A stretch of 64,000 nt of DNA from a virus (lineage: Duplodnaviria > Heunggongvirae > Uroviricota > Caudoviricetes), in the IMG/VR virus record IMGVR_UViG_3300014043_000003, positions 5,850 to 69,849 of that record; one strand, given 5' to 3'. Positions 16,628 to 25,307 of the stretch are shown here, in pieces. The position numbers were made by a program, and so were the translations under genes. Each line of letters opens with the position of its first letter. Positions within the stretch are counted from its first letter, which is position 1. Under the pieces are notes generated by a model. The model ran no database searches. It saw only the letters and a program-made list of their open reading frames with translations, and was not told the origin of the DNA.

Positions 16628-17401
16628 TCAGGGAGAGCCGTGCGCTTCATCAAATTCGTCCCAGTCGGACTCGTACCAGTAGTGGGCATTGCCGTCCATA
16701 GAGTCAAAGATCTGAATCTCTTTGGGCGTCCAGAGCAGATAGATCATTGAGTAGGACATCGGGCGGATACCGCTGTGCCACCTCACGACTTCCTTATATG
16801 CAATGTCATAGTTCTCCTGAGTAACCTGATTGTCCTCGCTGTATCCCATGTACGCGGACTTCTGGCTCAGGACCTCTTCCAATGTGTTGTCATAGTTCGG
16901 GCTGTCTACCCGGCAGAAGGCGCTCCAGCAGGCAGACCTCTTGCCATTCACGGTGTTGCCGTTCATGGGCTGGAGCATCTTCGCGCAAAGTCTTGCTTCT
17001 TCCTCCATGCGAGCCTGCAGGGCCTCGGCCTCCGTGATGCCATACTCATCGCGCATCTTTGTGGCAAGCTGCTGCTCCGCCTGAAATACAGCGAGCTTGA
17101 GATCCATCGCATAGCGCTCACCCAAGACCTTGCTGGTGCGCCAGTACGTGATCCCGCAGCCGATGAGCACCGCGATCAGCATGATTATCACATTGCGGAC
17201 GATGTCCCTGTTCTGGGACAGGAACCGTCCAATGTCCATTCCTCTTCTGCGGTATTCGCGGCGCCTGCTGTATCGCTCGGTCTTCTCTTCCGCCTCCTGA
17301 CCGGGGGCATCGTACTCCGCCCGGAAGTCCTCCCTGTTGAGGAGCAGAGGCTTGATCTGATTTCTGCTGTTGGGCGTCCAGATTGTCAATTTTTCGTCCA
17401 T
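16628..17401 (-). CDS. Membrane-anchored hypothetical protein
   Basis: 257 aa with one transmembrane segment (IIMLIAVLIGCGITYW). Confidence 0.4.
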   Translation of the reverse strand: MDEKLTIWTPNSRNQIKPLLLNREDFRAEYDAPGQEAEEKTERYSRRREYRRRGMDIGRFLSQNRDIVRNVIIMLIAVLIGCGITYWRTSKVLGERYAMDLKLAVFQAEQQLATKMRDEYGITEAEALQARMEEEARLCAKMLQPMNGNTVNGKRSACWSAFCRVDSPNYDNTLEEVLSQKSAYMGYSEDNQVTQENYDIAYKEVVRWHSGIRPMSYSMIYLLWTPKEIQIFDSMDGNAHYWYESDWDEFDEAHGSP

Positions 17402-17427
17402 TTCTCTTTGTACCTTCCTTTCACCTT

Positions 17428-17952
17428 TTACGCCGTAGTTCCTTTCGACTTCTCTTGCTGCATGCGCCTTAAAGCGCGGTCCTTGATAAGCTCCAGTTTG
17501 GATATGATCAACGACAGATCTTGAAGATCATCAATGATTTCGACCAGTGCCGGTATCTCCTCTTCGGACACCTCGCCGTCAGCGGCAATGTCCTGCAGCC
17601 GATGTTTGATCCCCTGTACGGTTTCCTTCCGCAGGGCCTTCGTAATTTCCACCGTGGCCCTCTCGATCCCGACCGGGACCTCAGCAAGCGATCGTCTGTT
17701 CCCGATGGGACACTCGTGCTTGCAATAGTAGTTTAAGAGTTCCGGTGATCCATATGTTTCTGCCATGAGCACAGCTTTTTCCACCGGCATGCGTTTGGTA
17801 AGATCCAATTCGGCATCGGCCAGAGCCGATACGCTCATATTCAGCACTTCGGCCGCTCCCTCACGGCTGGATAGCCTCTCGTCGTGTTCTGAGGCCTTTA
17901 TCCTCGCCTCATACCATGGGTTTCCGGCCGCTACGATAGCTCCACGCCCCAT
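17428..17952 (-). CDS. Hypothetical protein
   Basis: 174-aa ORF. Confidence 0.4.
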   Translation of the reverse strand: MGRGAIVAAGNPWYEARIKASEHDERLSSREGAAEVLNMSVSALADAELDLTKRMPVEKAVLMAETYGSPELLNYYCKHECPIGNRRSLAEVPVGIERATVEITKALRKETVQGIKHRLQDIAADGEVSEEEIPALVEIIDDLQDLSLIISKLELIKDRALRRMQQEKSKGTTA

Positions 17953-17982
17953 TTATTTCTCACCGCCTCCGCATTATAATTT

Positions 17983-18288
17983 TTACTGTGCAAAGGGGAG
18001 GTCATGAGTCATCCTGATGTGACACTTGCCATATTCAGGGCGTGAAAAAAGCCTGGCTGATTCCTCAAATCCCACGCCGAGGACATCAGCAAACGCCACC
18101 AGCTCATGAATCATGATCGGTGTTTCGCCTCTCTCCCTGCGCCGCCACGCCTGGACGCTCATATCTGCTCCATGTTCCCGGAGCGCTGACACAAAATCGT
18201 CGAGGTCTCCATAACCCTTGATCTTGCGAAGCCCTTCAATGCGCTCGCACTGCGCCTTGCTCCACGCCTCATATTTCGGTTTTGCCAT
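17983..18288 (-). CDS. XRE-family HTH protein
   Basis: ..MSVQAWRRRERGETPIMIHELVAFADVLGV HTH signature. Confidence 0.45.
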   Translation of the reverse strand: MAKPKYEAWSKAQCERIEGLRKIKGYGDLDDFVSALREHGADMSVQAWRRRERGETPIMIHELVAFADVLGVGFEESARLFSRPEYGKCHIRMTHDLPFAQ

Positions 18289-18316
18289 CTTTTCTGCTCC
18301 TTCTCCAACTTTTTCT

Positions 18317-18631
18317 TTACTTTACTTTGATTATGTCGAGGGGCACCCTTCTTCGGTGTGATACCTCGATCGTGCCGGATTCAAGCTCCGCAAGCCTTTC
18401 GGCACACTGTTCATCCGTCTCATACCCAAAGCAGAAGACCATGTTGTCCGGACCTCTGATCCCCTCCATCACGTCGATGATGAAGTACCGCACGGTCTTC
18501 TTAATATTCATGGGCTTCGTGCAGATGATATACCTGTCGCTTCGGCATCTGACCTTGTATGGGCGTTTCTCCGTGGATACCCACACGCGATCCCCCGCCT
18601 TGAGATTCTTCAAGCTCTCCATATCCAGCAC
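18317..18631 (-). CDS. Hypothetical protein
   Basis: 104-aa ORF. Confidence 0.4.
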   Translation of the reverse strand: MLDMESLKNLKAGDRVWVSTEKRPYKVRCRSDRYIICTKPMNIKKTVRYFIIDVMEGIRGPDNMVFCFGYETDEQCAERLAELESGTIEVSHRRRVPLDIIKVK

Positions 18632-18634
18632 CTG

Positions 18635-18991
18635 TCAGAAAAGCCGCGTCCTCATCCCAGTGTGCATCTCGAAGATCTCGCACATCTGGTCGAAGAAAAT
18701 GTCCTTATAGACCTTCTCGTGATCTTCCTTGATCGGAGTGAAGGTCCACGTCTTCTTGCTGAGATTCCCGCCGGTGCGGCGGAAGAAACGCATGTCGTAG
18801 AGATCGTTGCCGTTGAGCGTGATGTAAAGGCGATTGGCCTTGCTCTTGTTGTTGCCGGGGATGCTCATACGCAGCGTGTTACCATCGCCGATGAAGTCTT
18901 TGGCTCCCGTCATGGCGATGAACTTATTTCCGCCAAGCTGGCGAAGAATCATTTCCTGAACACTCACTTTCATACCCTCCATATCACTCAC
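18635..18991 (-). CDS. Hypothetical protein (first gene of the leftward early operon)
   Basis: 118-aa ORF immediately downstream of the minus-strand consensus promoter. Confidence 0.45.
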   Translation of the reverse strand: MSDMEGMKVSVQEMILRQLGGNKFIAMTGAKDFIGDGNTLRMSIPGNNKSKANRLYITLNGNDLYDMRFFRRTGGNLSKKTWTFTPIKEDHEKVYKDIFFDQMCEIFEMHTGMRTRLF

Positions 18992-19030
18992 AGTACCTTC
19001 TATTTCTCTCTACCTCTCAGGGACAGCCTT

Positions 19031-19059
19031 ATTATAAAATGCTTCGTGGTGTTTGTCAA
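19031..19059 (-). promoter_or_regulatory. Consensus sigma70 promoter (minus strand) TTGACA-N17-TATAAT driving the early/replication operon
   Basis: On the minus strand this reads TTGACAaacaccacgaagcatttTATAAT. On the + strand the TGTCAA is at 19054-19059 and the ATTATA at 19031-19036. Confidence 0.65.
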
Positions 19060-19089
19060 GTGCCTTGCGTCATTTGTTATAAAAAAATT

Positions 19090-19118
19090 TTGACAGTGTG
19101 CCATATATGGTATACAAT
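19090..19118 (+). promoter_or_regulatory. Consensus-like promoter TTGACA-N17-TACAAT driving the CI-like repressor, divergent from the early promoter
   Basis: TTGACA at 19090-19095 and TACAAT at 19113-19118, with a GGGGGAG ribosome-binding site before the ATG at 19146. Confidence 0.6.
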
Positions 19119-19145
19119 AAAGCACAAAGAAGGGGGAGCTTAATT

Positions 19146-19511
19146 ATGCCTCAAAATCGTAAATTCAAAATCCAAGACGACTACACTTGGACAGACTTCC
19201 GCACGAACCTGCGTACACTCCTGGACAGCCACGGCTTCAACTGCAAAGAGTTTGCGGATGCTGCCGGCTTCAATCCCACAACCATCTCGCGTTATCTCAC
19301 TTCGCGTTCTCCGGATCTCACTTCGATTTGGCGCATCGCTGATTACTGGGGAGTAAGCATCGACTGGCTCCTCGGTCGGAAAGTAGATGACGCCGCTTCC
19401 TACATCTCCGAGGATGCCAGGAAAGCGGCTGCCCTCTATTCTGCGGCGTCAGCGGAAGACCGCCGCATAATCGACATGATGCTGCAGAAATACGACCATG
19501 AAGCCAAATGA
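19146..19511 (+). CDS. CI-like XRE-family transcriptional repressor
   Basis: HTH ..LRTLLDSHGFNCKEFADAAGFNPTTISRYLTSRSPDLTSIWRIADYWGVSIDWLLG. The position is classical for a phage immunity repressor. Confidence 0.65.
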   Translation: MPQNRKFKIQDDYTWTDFRTNLRTLLDSHGFNCKEFADAAGFNPTTISRYLTSRSPDLTSIWRIADYWGVSIDWLLGRKVDDAASYISEDARKAAALYSAASAEDRRIIDMMLQKYDHEAK

Positions 19512-19845
19512 GATTGATGCTTGCGTAATATCCCGCAATGTGCAGCTCTCTGATCTCCTTTTAGCAACGGCTATTTACGTCTCATCCGACGGCAGAGTCT
19601 TCATAACCACAGATTCTATGTATGCCAATGAGCGTGAGATCCTCCCCACCTTATCCGTCGAGTATCTGGACGCGCTATGCTCCAAACACTATTTTGGCGG
19701 ATATGGACATCAGGGCGCCATAGCAGATATACTTCTTCTGCATGACGCCCTGACCAAAGATATGTATGACGATTTTTATTCCGCGCTACGTTCTAACCTT
19801 GCTGCGGGGAATATTACGATTGTTTCCTCGCAGTTAGCCCCATAA
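19498..19845 (+). CDS. Hypothetical protein co-transcribed with the repressor
   Basis: The start overlaps the repressor stop (ATGA). No HExxH motif, so it is not an obvious ImmA homologue. Confidence 0.4.
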   Translation: MKPNEIDACVISRNVQLSDLLLATAIYVSSDGRVFITTDSMYANEREILPTLSVEYLDALCSKHYFGGYGHQGAIADILLLHDALTKDMYDDFYSALRSNLAAGNITIVSSQLAP

Positions 19846-20080
19846 CTCCTCCCAGCAGATCGTGATAGTCGAGAGCTGCCCAAGACAGGGCAGCTCTGTC
19901 GGCGTCTTGGAGTTGGCAGCCGTCAAGCACATTCAGGATTGCTCCCAGCTTTTCAAAATATTCAATGGCCTTAGCCTCTTCGATGGCCGTAAGTCTTACA
20001 TTGTTCATCTTATTGTTTATCTCTCCTATCTTTCTTCTGTAATTGGTAATCTTTCTCATTTTTTGGAAAAAAACCGTCAC
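19814..20080 (-). CDS. Hypothetical protein
   Basis: 88-aa ORF. Confidence 0.3.
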   Translation of the reverse strand: MTVFFQKMRKITNYRRKIGEINNKMNNVRLTAIEEAKAIEYFEKLGAILNVLDGCQLQDADRAALSWAALDYHDLLGGVMGLTARKQS

Positions 20081-20164
20081 AGGAAAAGACTACTATATTC
20101 AGTCAAATTTCTTTGATTTTATGGCACTTTTGCGTGTCACTTGCCACTTTCGGATTATAAAAAA

Positions 20165-20365
20165 TCAGGTCAGATTTTTGTCCCTCGTATTGGCCCACTC
20201 GATCAAGCGCTCCTTCGGTATCAGGATTCGTCCGCCCAGCCGGAACGCTGGGAAGTCCTCTCTGTATAAGAGGTTGGAGTATAAGGTCGATCTGGAGATC
20301 CCCAGAAGCTCCGCTGCTTCCGTCACATTCAGAGTGATCTTGTCTACACTGGCATATCTTGACAT
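20165..20365 (-). CDS. xis: Excisionase/AlpA-like HTH protein
   Basis: ..LNVTEAAELLGISRSTLYSNLLYREDFPAFRLGGRILIPKERLIEW is an HTH_17/MerR-like excisionase signature. It is adjacent to the integrase. Confidence 0.55.
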   Translation of the reverse strand: MSRYASVDKITLNVTEAAELLGISRSTLYSNLLYREDFPAFRLGGRILIPKERLIEWANTRDKNLT

Positions 20366-20501
20366 TTTTTATCGGCACATCCTTCCTGGCTGTATTTTTA
20401 CATTTGTTAATATGATTATAGTCGCTCGGATGCTGTTTGTCAACTGTAAATGCCTCTTGACACATTTCTTTTTCCCTTATTGATAGTGAGGTTATGGCGC
20501 T

Positions 20502-21773
20502 ATGGCAAAACGTAAGAATAAGGAAGGCACCATATATAAGAAGACCGTTGTACGGAACGGGAAAGTATACACGTATTGGGAGTCCCAAGTCAGTCTCGGC
20601 AGCGATCCCGGAACTGGGAAGAGACTCCGCAAGACTTTCACCGGTGCCACGCAGCGCGAGGTAAGGATGAAGATGCAGGAAGCCTCCCTTGCTGTCGAAA
20701 ACAAGGAGTATTTCGAGCCATCGCGCGCTACCCTCGGGCAGTGGATAGATAAGTGGCTGGACCAATACTGCGACGAGGTCAAATACCAGACCTTGAAGCA
20801 TTATAGGGCCCAGTGCGAGACGCATATAAAGCCGGCGCTCGGTGCGGCCAAGCTCGCCGATCTCACGACCGATCAGATCCAGTCCTTCTATAAGCAGCTC
20901 TCCAAAAGTGGGAAGACTGTCATGCGCAAGGACAAAAAAACGGGGAAGATGATCTCTGAACGCTACCCCCTTGCTCCGAAAAGTATTAAGAACATTCATT
21001 CCATCCTCTCCAAATGTCTGAACGTGGCTATCGAATTGAAGTACATCAAGTTTAATCCCGCCACAGCTACAAAGCGCCCGAGAGTGGAGAAGCATGAGAT
21101 CGTTCCCCTGACCGATGATCAGGTACGCATATTCATTTCCTCTCTCGATGAGGAAAAATACGGGGATCTGTATAAGGTCATTATCTTTACCGGTCTCAGG
21201 AAGGCCGAGGCACTGGGCCTCACATGGGACTGCGTGGATTTCCGTACCGGAAACCTCAAGATAAACAAGCAGATGATCCGTCGGCCGCAGAAGGATGGAG
21301 GATACACACTCGCCTCCGTGAAATCTGATAAGGCGCGTACTTTGACAGCCACTCCCTACGTCCTCGCTGCCCTCCGTCATCGTCAGGAGGAGCAGGACCA
21401 ACACAAGGCCATCGCCGGCGACAACTGGGAGATCTTCCGCAATGAGAACGGGAAGAAAGTGGAGCTCGTTTTTACGGATGATATTGGACACCCATTGAGT
21501 CCAAAGCGTGTCTACCTCCATTACAAGAATATAGCCCATGCTCTTGATGCAGATGAAAGCCGGGTCCATGATCTCCGTCACACCTATGCTGTCATGTCTC
21601 TCCAGAATGGGGATGACTATAAAACGCTCCAGACGAATCTCGGTCACTCATCGGCAGCCTTCACCCTGGACGTCTACGGACACACTACGACGAGGATGCA
21701 AAAGGAATCGGCAGCCAGGATGCAGGACTTCATCGACACCCTAAAGCAGGGAGAAGATGACGACCAAAAATAG
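20502..21773 (+). CDS. int: Tyrosine-type site-specific integrase
   Basis: Conserved R...HDLRHTYA...LGHSSAAFTLDVYGH (catalytic R-H-R-Y). 423 aa. Confidence 0.85.
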   Translation: MAKRKNKEGTIYKKTVVRNGKVYTYWESQVSLGSDPGTGKRLRKTFTGATQREVRMKMQEASLAVENKEYFEPSRATLGQWIDKWLDQYCDEVKYQTLKHYRAQCETHIKPALGAAKLADLTTDQIQSFYKQLSKSGKTVMRKDKKTGKMISERYPLAPKSIKNIHSILSKCLNVAIELKYIKFNPATATKRPRVEKHEIVPLTDDQVRIFISSLDEEKYGDLYKVIIFTGLRKAEALGLTWDCVDFRTGNLKINKQMIRRPQKDGGYTLASVKSDKARTLTATPYVLAALRHRQEEQDQHKAIAGDNWEIFRNENGKKVELVFTDDIGHPLSPKRVYLHYKNIAHALDADESRVHDLRHTYAVMSLQNGDDYKTLQTNLGHSSAAFTLDVYGHTTTRMQKESAARMQDFIDTLKQGEDDDQK

Positions 21774-21774
21774 C

Positions 21775-22150
21775 GAAAAAAATCGAATTGGCAGAAAACA
21801 TGGCCGAAAACTTTTCGGCCATGTTTTTTCATTGAACTTTTTCAGATACATTTCCTTCATAAAAGCAAGAAAGCCACAAGATTCAATAACGAACCCTGTG
21901 GTTTTCAAGTGGCAGGGGAAGAAGGCTTCGAATTATCGGCTGTGTGTTTTATGCCGTCCAGGCGCGTCCGGAGACGCGCTTTTTTCAATGGTTTCCGTCT
22001 TTTGCTGTCCGATGTTATCCATCCGTGTGGCAGAAAAAATGGCCGAAAACTTTTTTATTGGCAGAAAACTTTTTCGGCCGGAAATTGAAGTAACCGCCGG
22101 ACCCTCGAACAGTCGGCGATTACTTCAATGACCAAGTGATCGGAAGACCA
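21775..22150. other. Candidate attP / integrase arm-site region
   Basis: A repeated TTGGCAGAAAA(C/A)ATGGCCGAAAAC element at 21788-21822 and 22027-22080, a second hairpin plus T-run at about 21963-21990, and a 10-bp inverted repeat ATTGAAGTAA...TTACTTCAAT at 22084-22129. The region is non-coding and directly 3' of int. Confidence 0.4.
21799..21830 (+). terminator. Rho-independent terminator after the integrase gene
   Basis: Perfect inverted repeat CATGGCCGAAAAC/TTTTCGGCCATG followed by TTTTTTC. Confidence 0.65.
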
Positions 22151-22153
22151 CTA

Positions 22154-22669
22154 TTATTTGCAAAAGTCAAGGCTTCCTTTTGACGGAGTTCTAATGGAGA
22201 GTATTGTTTTGCCGCCCACATTCGATATTGAGAAATCGCAGTTCTTAATAACATCCATCCCAATAAGCATTGCCAGTTCTCCATCAAGCAGTTCCGTGCA
22301 AGCTACCTCTACATCTGGAAGTCTGTTCCTATTCGGCAATTGAATATCGACGATGTATGTATGCACTGGGACTTTACCTTCTATGGATGATACCGTACTC
22401 TCGCCAAATTGTTTGAGTCCAAGTGCCTCCACGATTTCCTTTGAAATACACGAATTTGTAGCTCCTGTATCCCAAATTCCGGTAACTTCAACTCCACGTT
22501 CTTCGGAGATTACATAGGCGGTTGTCTCGATCTTCTTAACTATCCCATCAAATTCTTTTGTATACGACAGAAAACCCTCTCCGATTTTCAGACTCTCTTT
22601 CACTTCAGACCTCCAAAAAAATCGAGGGCTGCTATTTTGATGGTATAGCATGATTCGTCTGGCCCGCAT
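22154..22669 (-). CDS. Retropepsin-like (clan AA) aspartic protease
   Basis: ..GIWDTGATNSCIS.. D-T-G-A active-site motif. The start is uncertain (it overlaps the next ORF). Confidence 0.55.
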   Translation of the reverse strand: MRARRIMLYHQNSSPRFFWRSEVKESLKIGEGFLSYTKEFDGIVKKIETTAYVISEERGVEVTGIWDTGATNSCISKEIVEALGLKQFGESTVSSIEGKVPVHTYIVDIQLPNRNRLPDVEVACTELLDGELAMLIGMDVIKNCDFSISNVGGKTILSIRTPSKGSLDFCK

Positions 22670-22869
22670 TTCTGAATGATGAACGAATCTGGAGGTTCTT
22701 TTCTCAGAGTTTCTCGGAAAGCGACTCCGGGAGCATCATAAACGCCAATAATCTGTTTATCTCTTATCACCAGATATGAGTCTCCGTACTTTTTGTGCAA
22801 GGCTTCAAGATTCTGCGTAAACCATTTGAAATCTTGATGTTTTCTTTCGTCTGCTGTCATTGTATTCAC
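22600..22869 (-). CDS. Small hypothetical protein, partner of the aspartic protease
   Basis: 89-aa ORF directly upstream and co-oriented. Confidence 0.4.
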   Translation of the reverse strand: MNTMTADERKHQDFKWFTQNLEALHKKYGDSYLVIRDKQIIGVYDAPGVAFRETLRKEPPDSFIIQKCGPDESCYTIKIAALDFFGGLK

Positions 22870-22920
22870 CCTCTTTTAATATAACAGTTCCCTCTACCCT
22901 TTGTCAATCGGCAGCTTAAG

Positions 22921-23146
22921 CTATAAGGTTCCGTCCTCAGACGGAGTCTCTTTCTTTTCCTGATCGCGGGCCATTGTCTCGTCGATAGCTCGATTGACAA
23001 AAGCGTTGACGCTCTCCCCCATGTTTTCTGCGTGCGACTGTACTTCCTCATACTTGTCCTTCGCCATTCGGATACGAGCCAAAGCAAACTGATCCATGTA
23101 CTTTTGCTGCGCCCTTTTCTGCGCGGGTGTTTTCTCTCCCATCATG
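22921..23146 (-). CDS. Ribbon-helix-helix (CopG/Arc-like) DNA-binding protein
   Basis: MMGEKTPAQKRAQQKYMDQFALARIRMAKDKYEEVQSHAENMGESVNAFVNRAIDE. GGAGGT ribosome-binding site before the ATGATG at 23146. Confidence 0.5.
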
Positions 23147-23340
23147 TACCTCCGGTAGTAGATTTCCTGATAATACTTCAGAGTCCTATTATAACCAGGT
23201 GCGATATCTATGCCAAGATACAAAATAAACAAATCTATGCTTAGATATTTGTGTGAAGTGTCTATTATTATCTATGCTTAGATATGCTATATTATAACCG
23301 TGGAAGGGATCTAAGCCATTCCGGAGAAAGGGGGGACATC

Positions 23341-23541
23341 ATGGAAAAGTATTCTGTCAGCTATGAGATCGAACGGTACGAAGTTCATCTCTATGTCGGC
23401 AACAGCGACATCGGCGGCAACAACTTTTTCTATTGTGAAGAAGACGCGGTTGCCTTTGCTCGCAGCTACGTAAAGGAGCACCCGAAATGGACCGCGAAGA
23501 TCCTGCGCGTCGAGCGCGCTATTGTGGAGGAGGAAGCATGA
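23341..23541 (+). CDS. Hypothetical protein
   Basis: Start at MEKYSV, with a GGAGAAAGGGGGG ribosome-binding site. Confidence 0.4.
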   Translation: MEKYSVSYEIERYEVHLYVGNSDIGGNNFFYCEEDAVAFARSYVKEHPKWTAKILRVERAIVEEEA

Positions 23542-23735
23542 TGATGCACACAGCCGAATGCACTGTCACTGTAAGGTTCACCGACGAAGAGGTCATTGAG
23601 AGCCTTGTCGATGACGAGATCATAACGGAGGAGGAAGCAGAGACCTACACTCCGACCGATGAACAGCTCCGTGACTACGCCTGGCGCTTGATTGATGCCG
23701 ACGACGGTGAGTATGGGCACGTAAGTGTTGATTAA
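23538..23735 (+). CDS. Acidic hypothetical protein
   Basis: Start MMMHTAEC, overlapping the upstream stop. Confidence 0.35.
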   Translation: MMMHTAECTVTVRFTDEEVIESLVDDEIITEEEAETYTPTDEQLRDYAWRLIDADDGEYGHVSVD

Positions 23736-23753
23736 GAAAGGGAGGTACTGATA

Positions 23754-24050
23754 ATGGCAAACATCGAACTGAATGAGAGAGTCCGTAATTACTTCGAGAT
23801 TCTCCAGACGATCTCCGAGCTGGAGGCTGAGGCCGAGGCCATCAAGGACGCGGTCAAAGCTGAGATGGTCGAGCAGGGCACCGAAGAGCTGGAGGGTGCT
23901 GGCTGGCGTGCTACCTGGCACAACACTACGACCAACCGCTTCGACAGCTCCGCTTTCAAGAAAGAGCACGCTGAGCTGTACGCGGCGTTCACGAAGAAGA
24001 CGAACAGCACGCGCTTCACGCTGAACTCGATCAAGCCCGAGGCTGCATAA
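23754..24050 (+). CDS. Coiled-coil phage protein (98 aa), paralogue of 5964..6260
   Basis: MANIELNERVRNYFEILQTISELEAEAEAIKDAVKAEMVEQGTEELEGAGWRATWHN.. GGAGG ribosome-binding site upstream. Confidence 0.6.
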   Translation: MANIELNERVRNYFEILQTISELEAEAEAIKDAVKAEMVEQGTEELEGAGWRATWHNTTTNRFDSSAFKKEHAELYAAFTKKTNSTRFTLNSIKPEAA

Positions 24051-24184
24051 AGAGAAAGGCTGTATATCCAATTCGCCCTTGGATATACAGCCGGGACCAT
24101 CTCAGACACATACAAATTCGTGGGAAGGTCTAAAAATGATTTTACCAGACCTTCCCCCATTTTACAAGGAGGAATTTTCAAGAA

Positions 24185-24382
24185 ATGTCCGATGTGAAAG
24201 AATTTGGCTCTACGGTAGGAAGCGATAGGCTCCGGGCCGCAATGAACACCGAGAAGATCGTCAGTGAGACGCAGACCTTGATCGAAGCAGCTCTCCTCTT
24301 CTTTGAGAATGGGAAGGAGGACGACAGCATCGCCTGCATGTACATGGCTGGCGATCGAATCAAGGAATACTGGAAATCCTGA
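24185..24382 (+). CDS. Hypothetical small protein, paralogue of 5757..5951
   Basis: 65 aa with a homologous C-terminus. Confidence 0.5.
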   Translation: MSDVKEFGSTVGSDRLRAAMNTEKIVSETQTLIEAALLFFENGKEDDSIACMYMAGDRIKEYWKS

Positions 24383-24440
24383 TCCACATACATAAGGAAA
24401 CGGGCGCTCTCGTCAAGATCAACGAGGGCGCCCGATTGCT

Positions 24441-24941
24441 TTATGGCTCTTCCATGATGCCTTTGTCCAGGATCTCAATCCATGGGAACTTGCGTTTCCC
24501 GGCCGCCGGGTCTCCGTCACTGTAGTGTACAACATAATACTCATCGTACACAGCATCATAATAGTATTCATCGGCGCGGTGATCCCGGTACTTGTTGACG
24601 CCGTCATAGAAGAAGGTATTGGAGATCGCGCAGGCTCGTTTCGTGTCATAACGACGCCCTTTCACGACGCGGATGACGCGCTCCCCAACCGCGGGAGATA
24701 TCGGGACTATTTCGCCATTTGACTCAATCCTGATCTGCATGCCGAGTACATCCAGGACCTCCAGGAGATCAGTCACTCGCATGGAGCCATTCTTCACTTT
24801 TTTGAAGAAGTTCTGGCGAGTCTTCGGCTGCCCGCTTTTCTCTGCCAGCATCTCAGCAACTTGCGGATAGGACAGGCCGCGATATTTCATGATGCCTTCC
24901 ATCATGTTTATCAGCCGGTCAGTATTAAGATCGTCTTTCAT
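24441..24941 (-). CDS. XRE-family HTH transcriptional regulator
   Basis: ..LSYPQVAEMLAEKSGQPKTRQNFFKKVKNGSMRVTDLLEVLDVLGMQIRIE. Confidence 0.5.
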   Translation of the reverse strand: MKDDLNTDRLINMMEGIMKYRGLSYPQVAEMLAEKSGQPKTRQNFFKKVKNGSMRVTDLLEVLDVLGMQIRIESNGEIVPISPAVGERVIRVVKGRRYDTKRACAISNTFFYDGVNKYRDHRADEYYYDAVYDEYYVVHYSDGDPAAGKRKFPWIEILDKGIMEEP

Positions 24942-25001
24942 ACTTTTATATCTGCCTTATTGGTTTTGTTGTTGCAATTATAGTTGACAATCTTTGCTTT
25001 G

Positions 25002-25301
25002 TCAACAGCGTTTGGACTTGGTTATGACCGGATTTATGTGGTACTCATCACGCAGCACCGTCAAAAGATCAACGACGGAAACACGGCCCTCTGAGACTTC
25101 CTCGGCCAGCTTTACCACATCATTCCATACGCTGTTGATGTAGTCAGCGCCATTATACTTGTCCAGCAGGACCGTCAGAAATAGGGCCGCATACATCAGG
25201 AGTGCTTTTTCCTCTGCAAGCTCGGTTGCTCTCGCCTCGGCTTTCTTTACGTCGGCAGCAGAGACCGGCACATTTCTCGGATTGACCTTCCTTTTCCCCA
25301 T
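25002..25301 (-). CDS. Hypothetical protein
   Basis: 99-aa ORF. Confidence 0.4.
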   Translation of the reverse strand: MGKRKVNPRNVPVSAADVKKAEARATELAEEKALLMYAALFLTVLLDKYNGADYINSVWNDVVKLAEEVSEGRVSVVDLLTVLRDEYHINPVITKSKRC

Positions 25302-25307
25302 ATCGTT

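Noticed and set aside
20103-21647. 514-aa minus-strand ORF
   Set aside because: It is antisense to the tyrosine integrase, which has the canonical R-H-R-Y residues.
21880-21960. Possible tRNA/tmRNA 3' end as integration target (GCTTCGAAT resembles a T-loop)
   Set aside because: I could not fold an acceptor stem or a T-arm with proper complementarity, so no tRNA is supported.
21757-22131. 124-aa + strand ORF after the integrase
   Set aside because: It spans the terminator hairpins and arm-type repeats of the att-like region. It has no ribosome-binding site and is repeat-driven.
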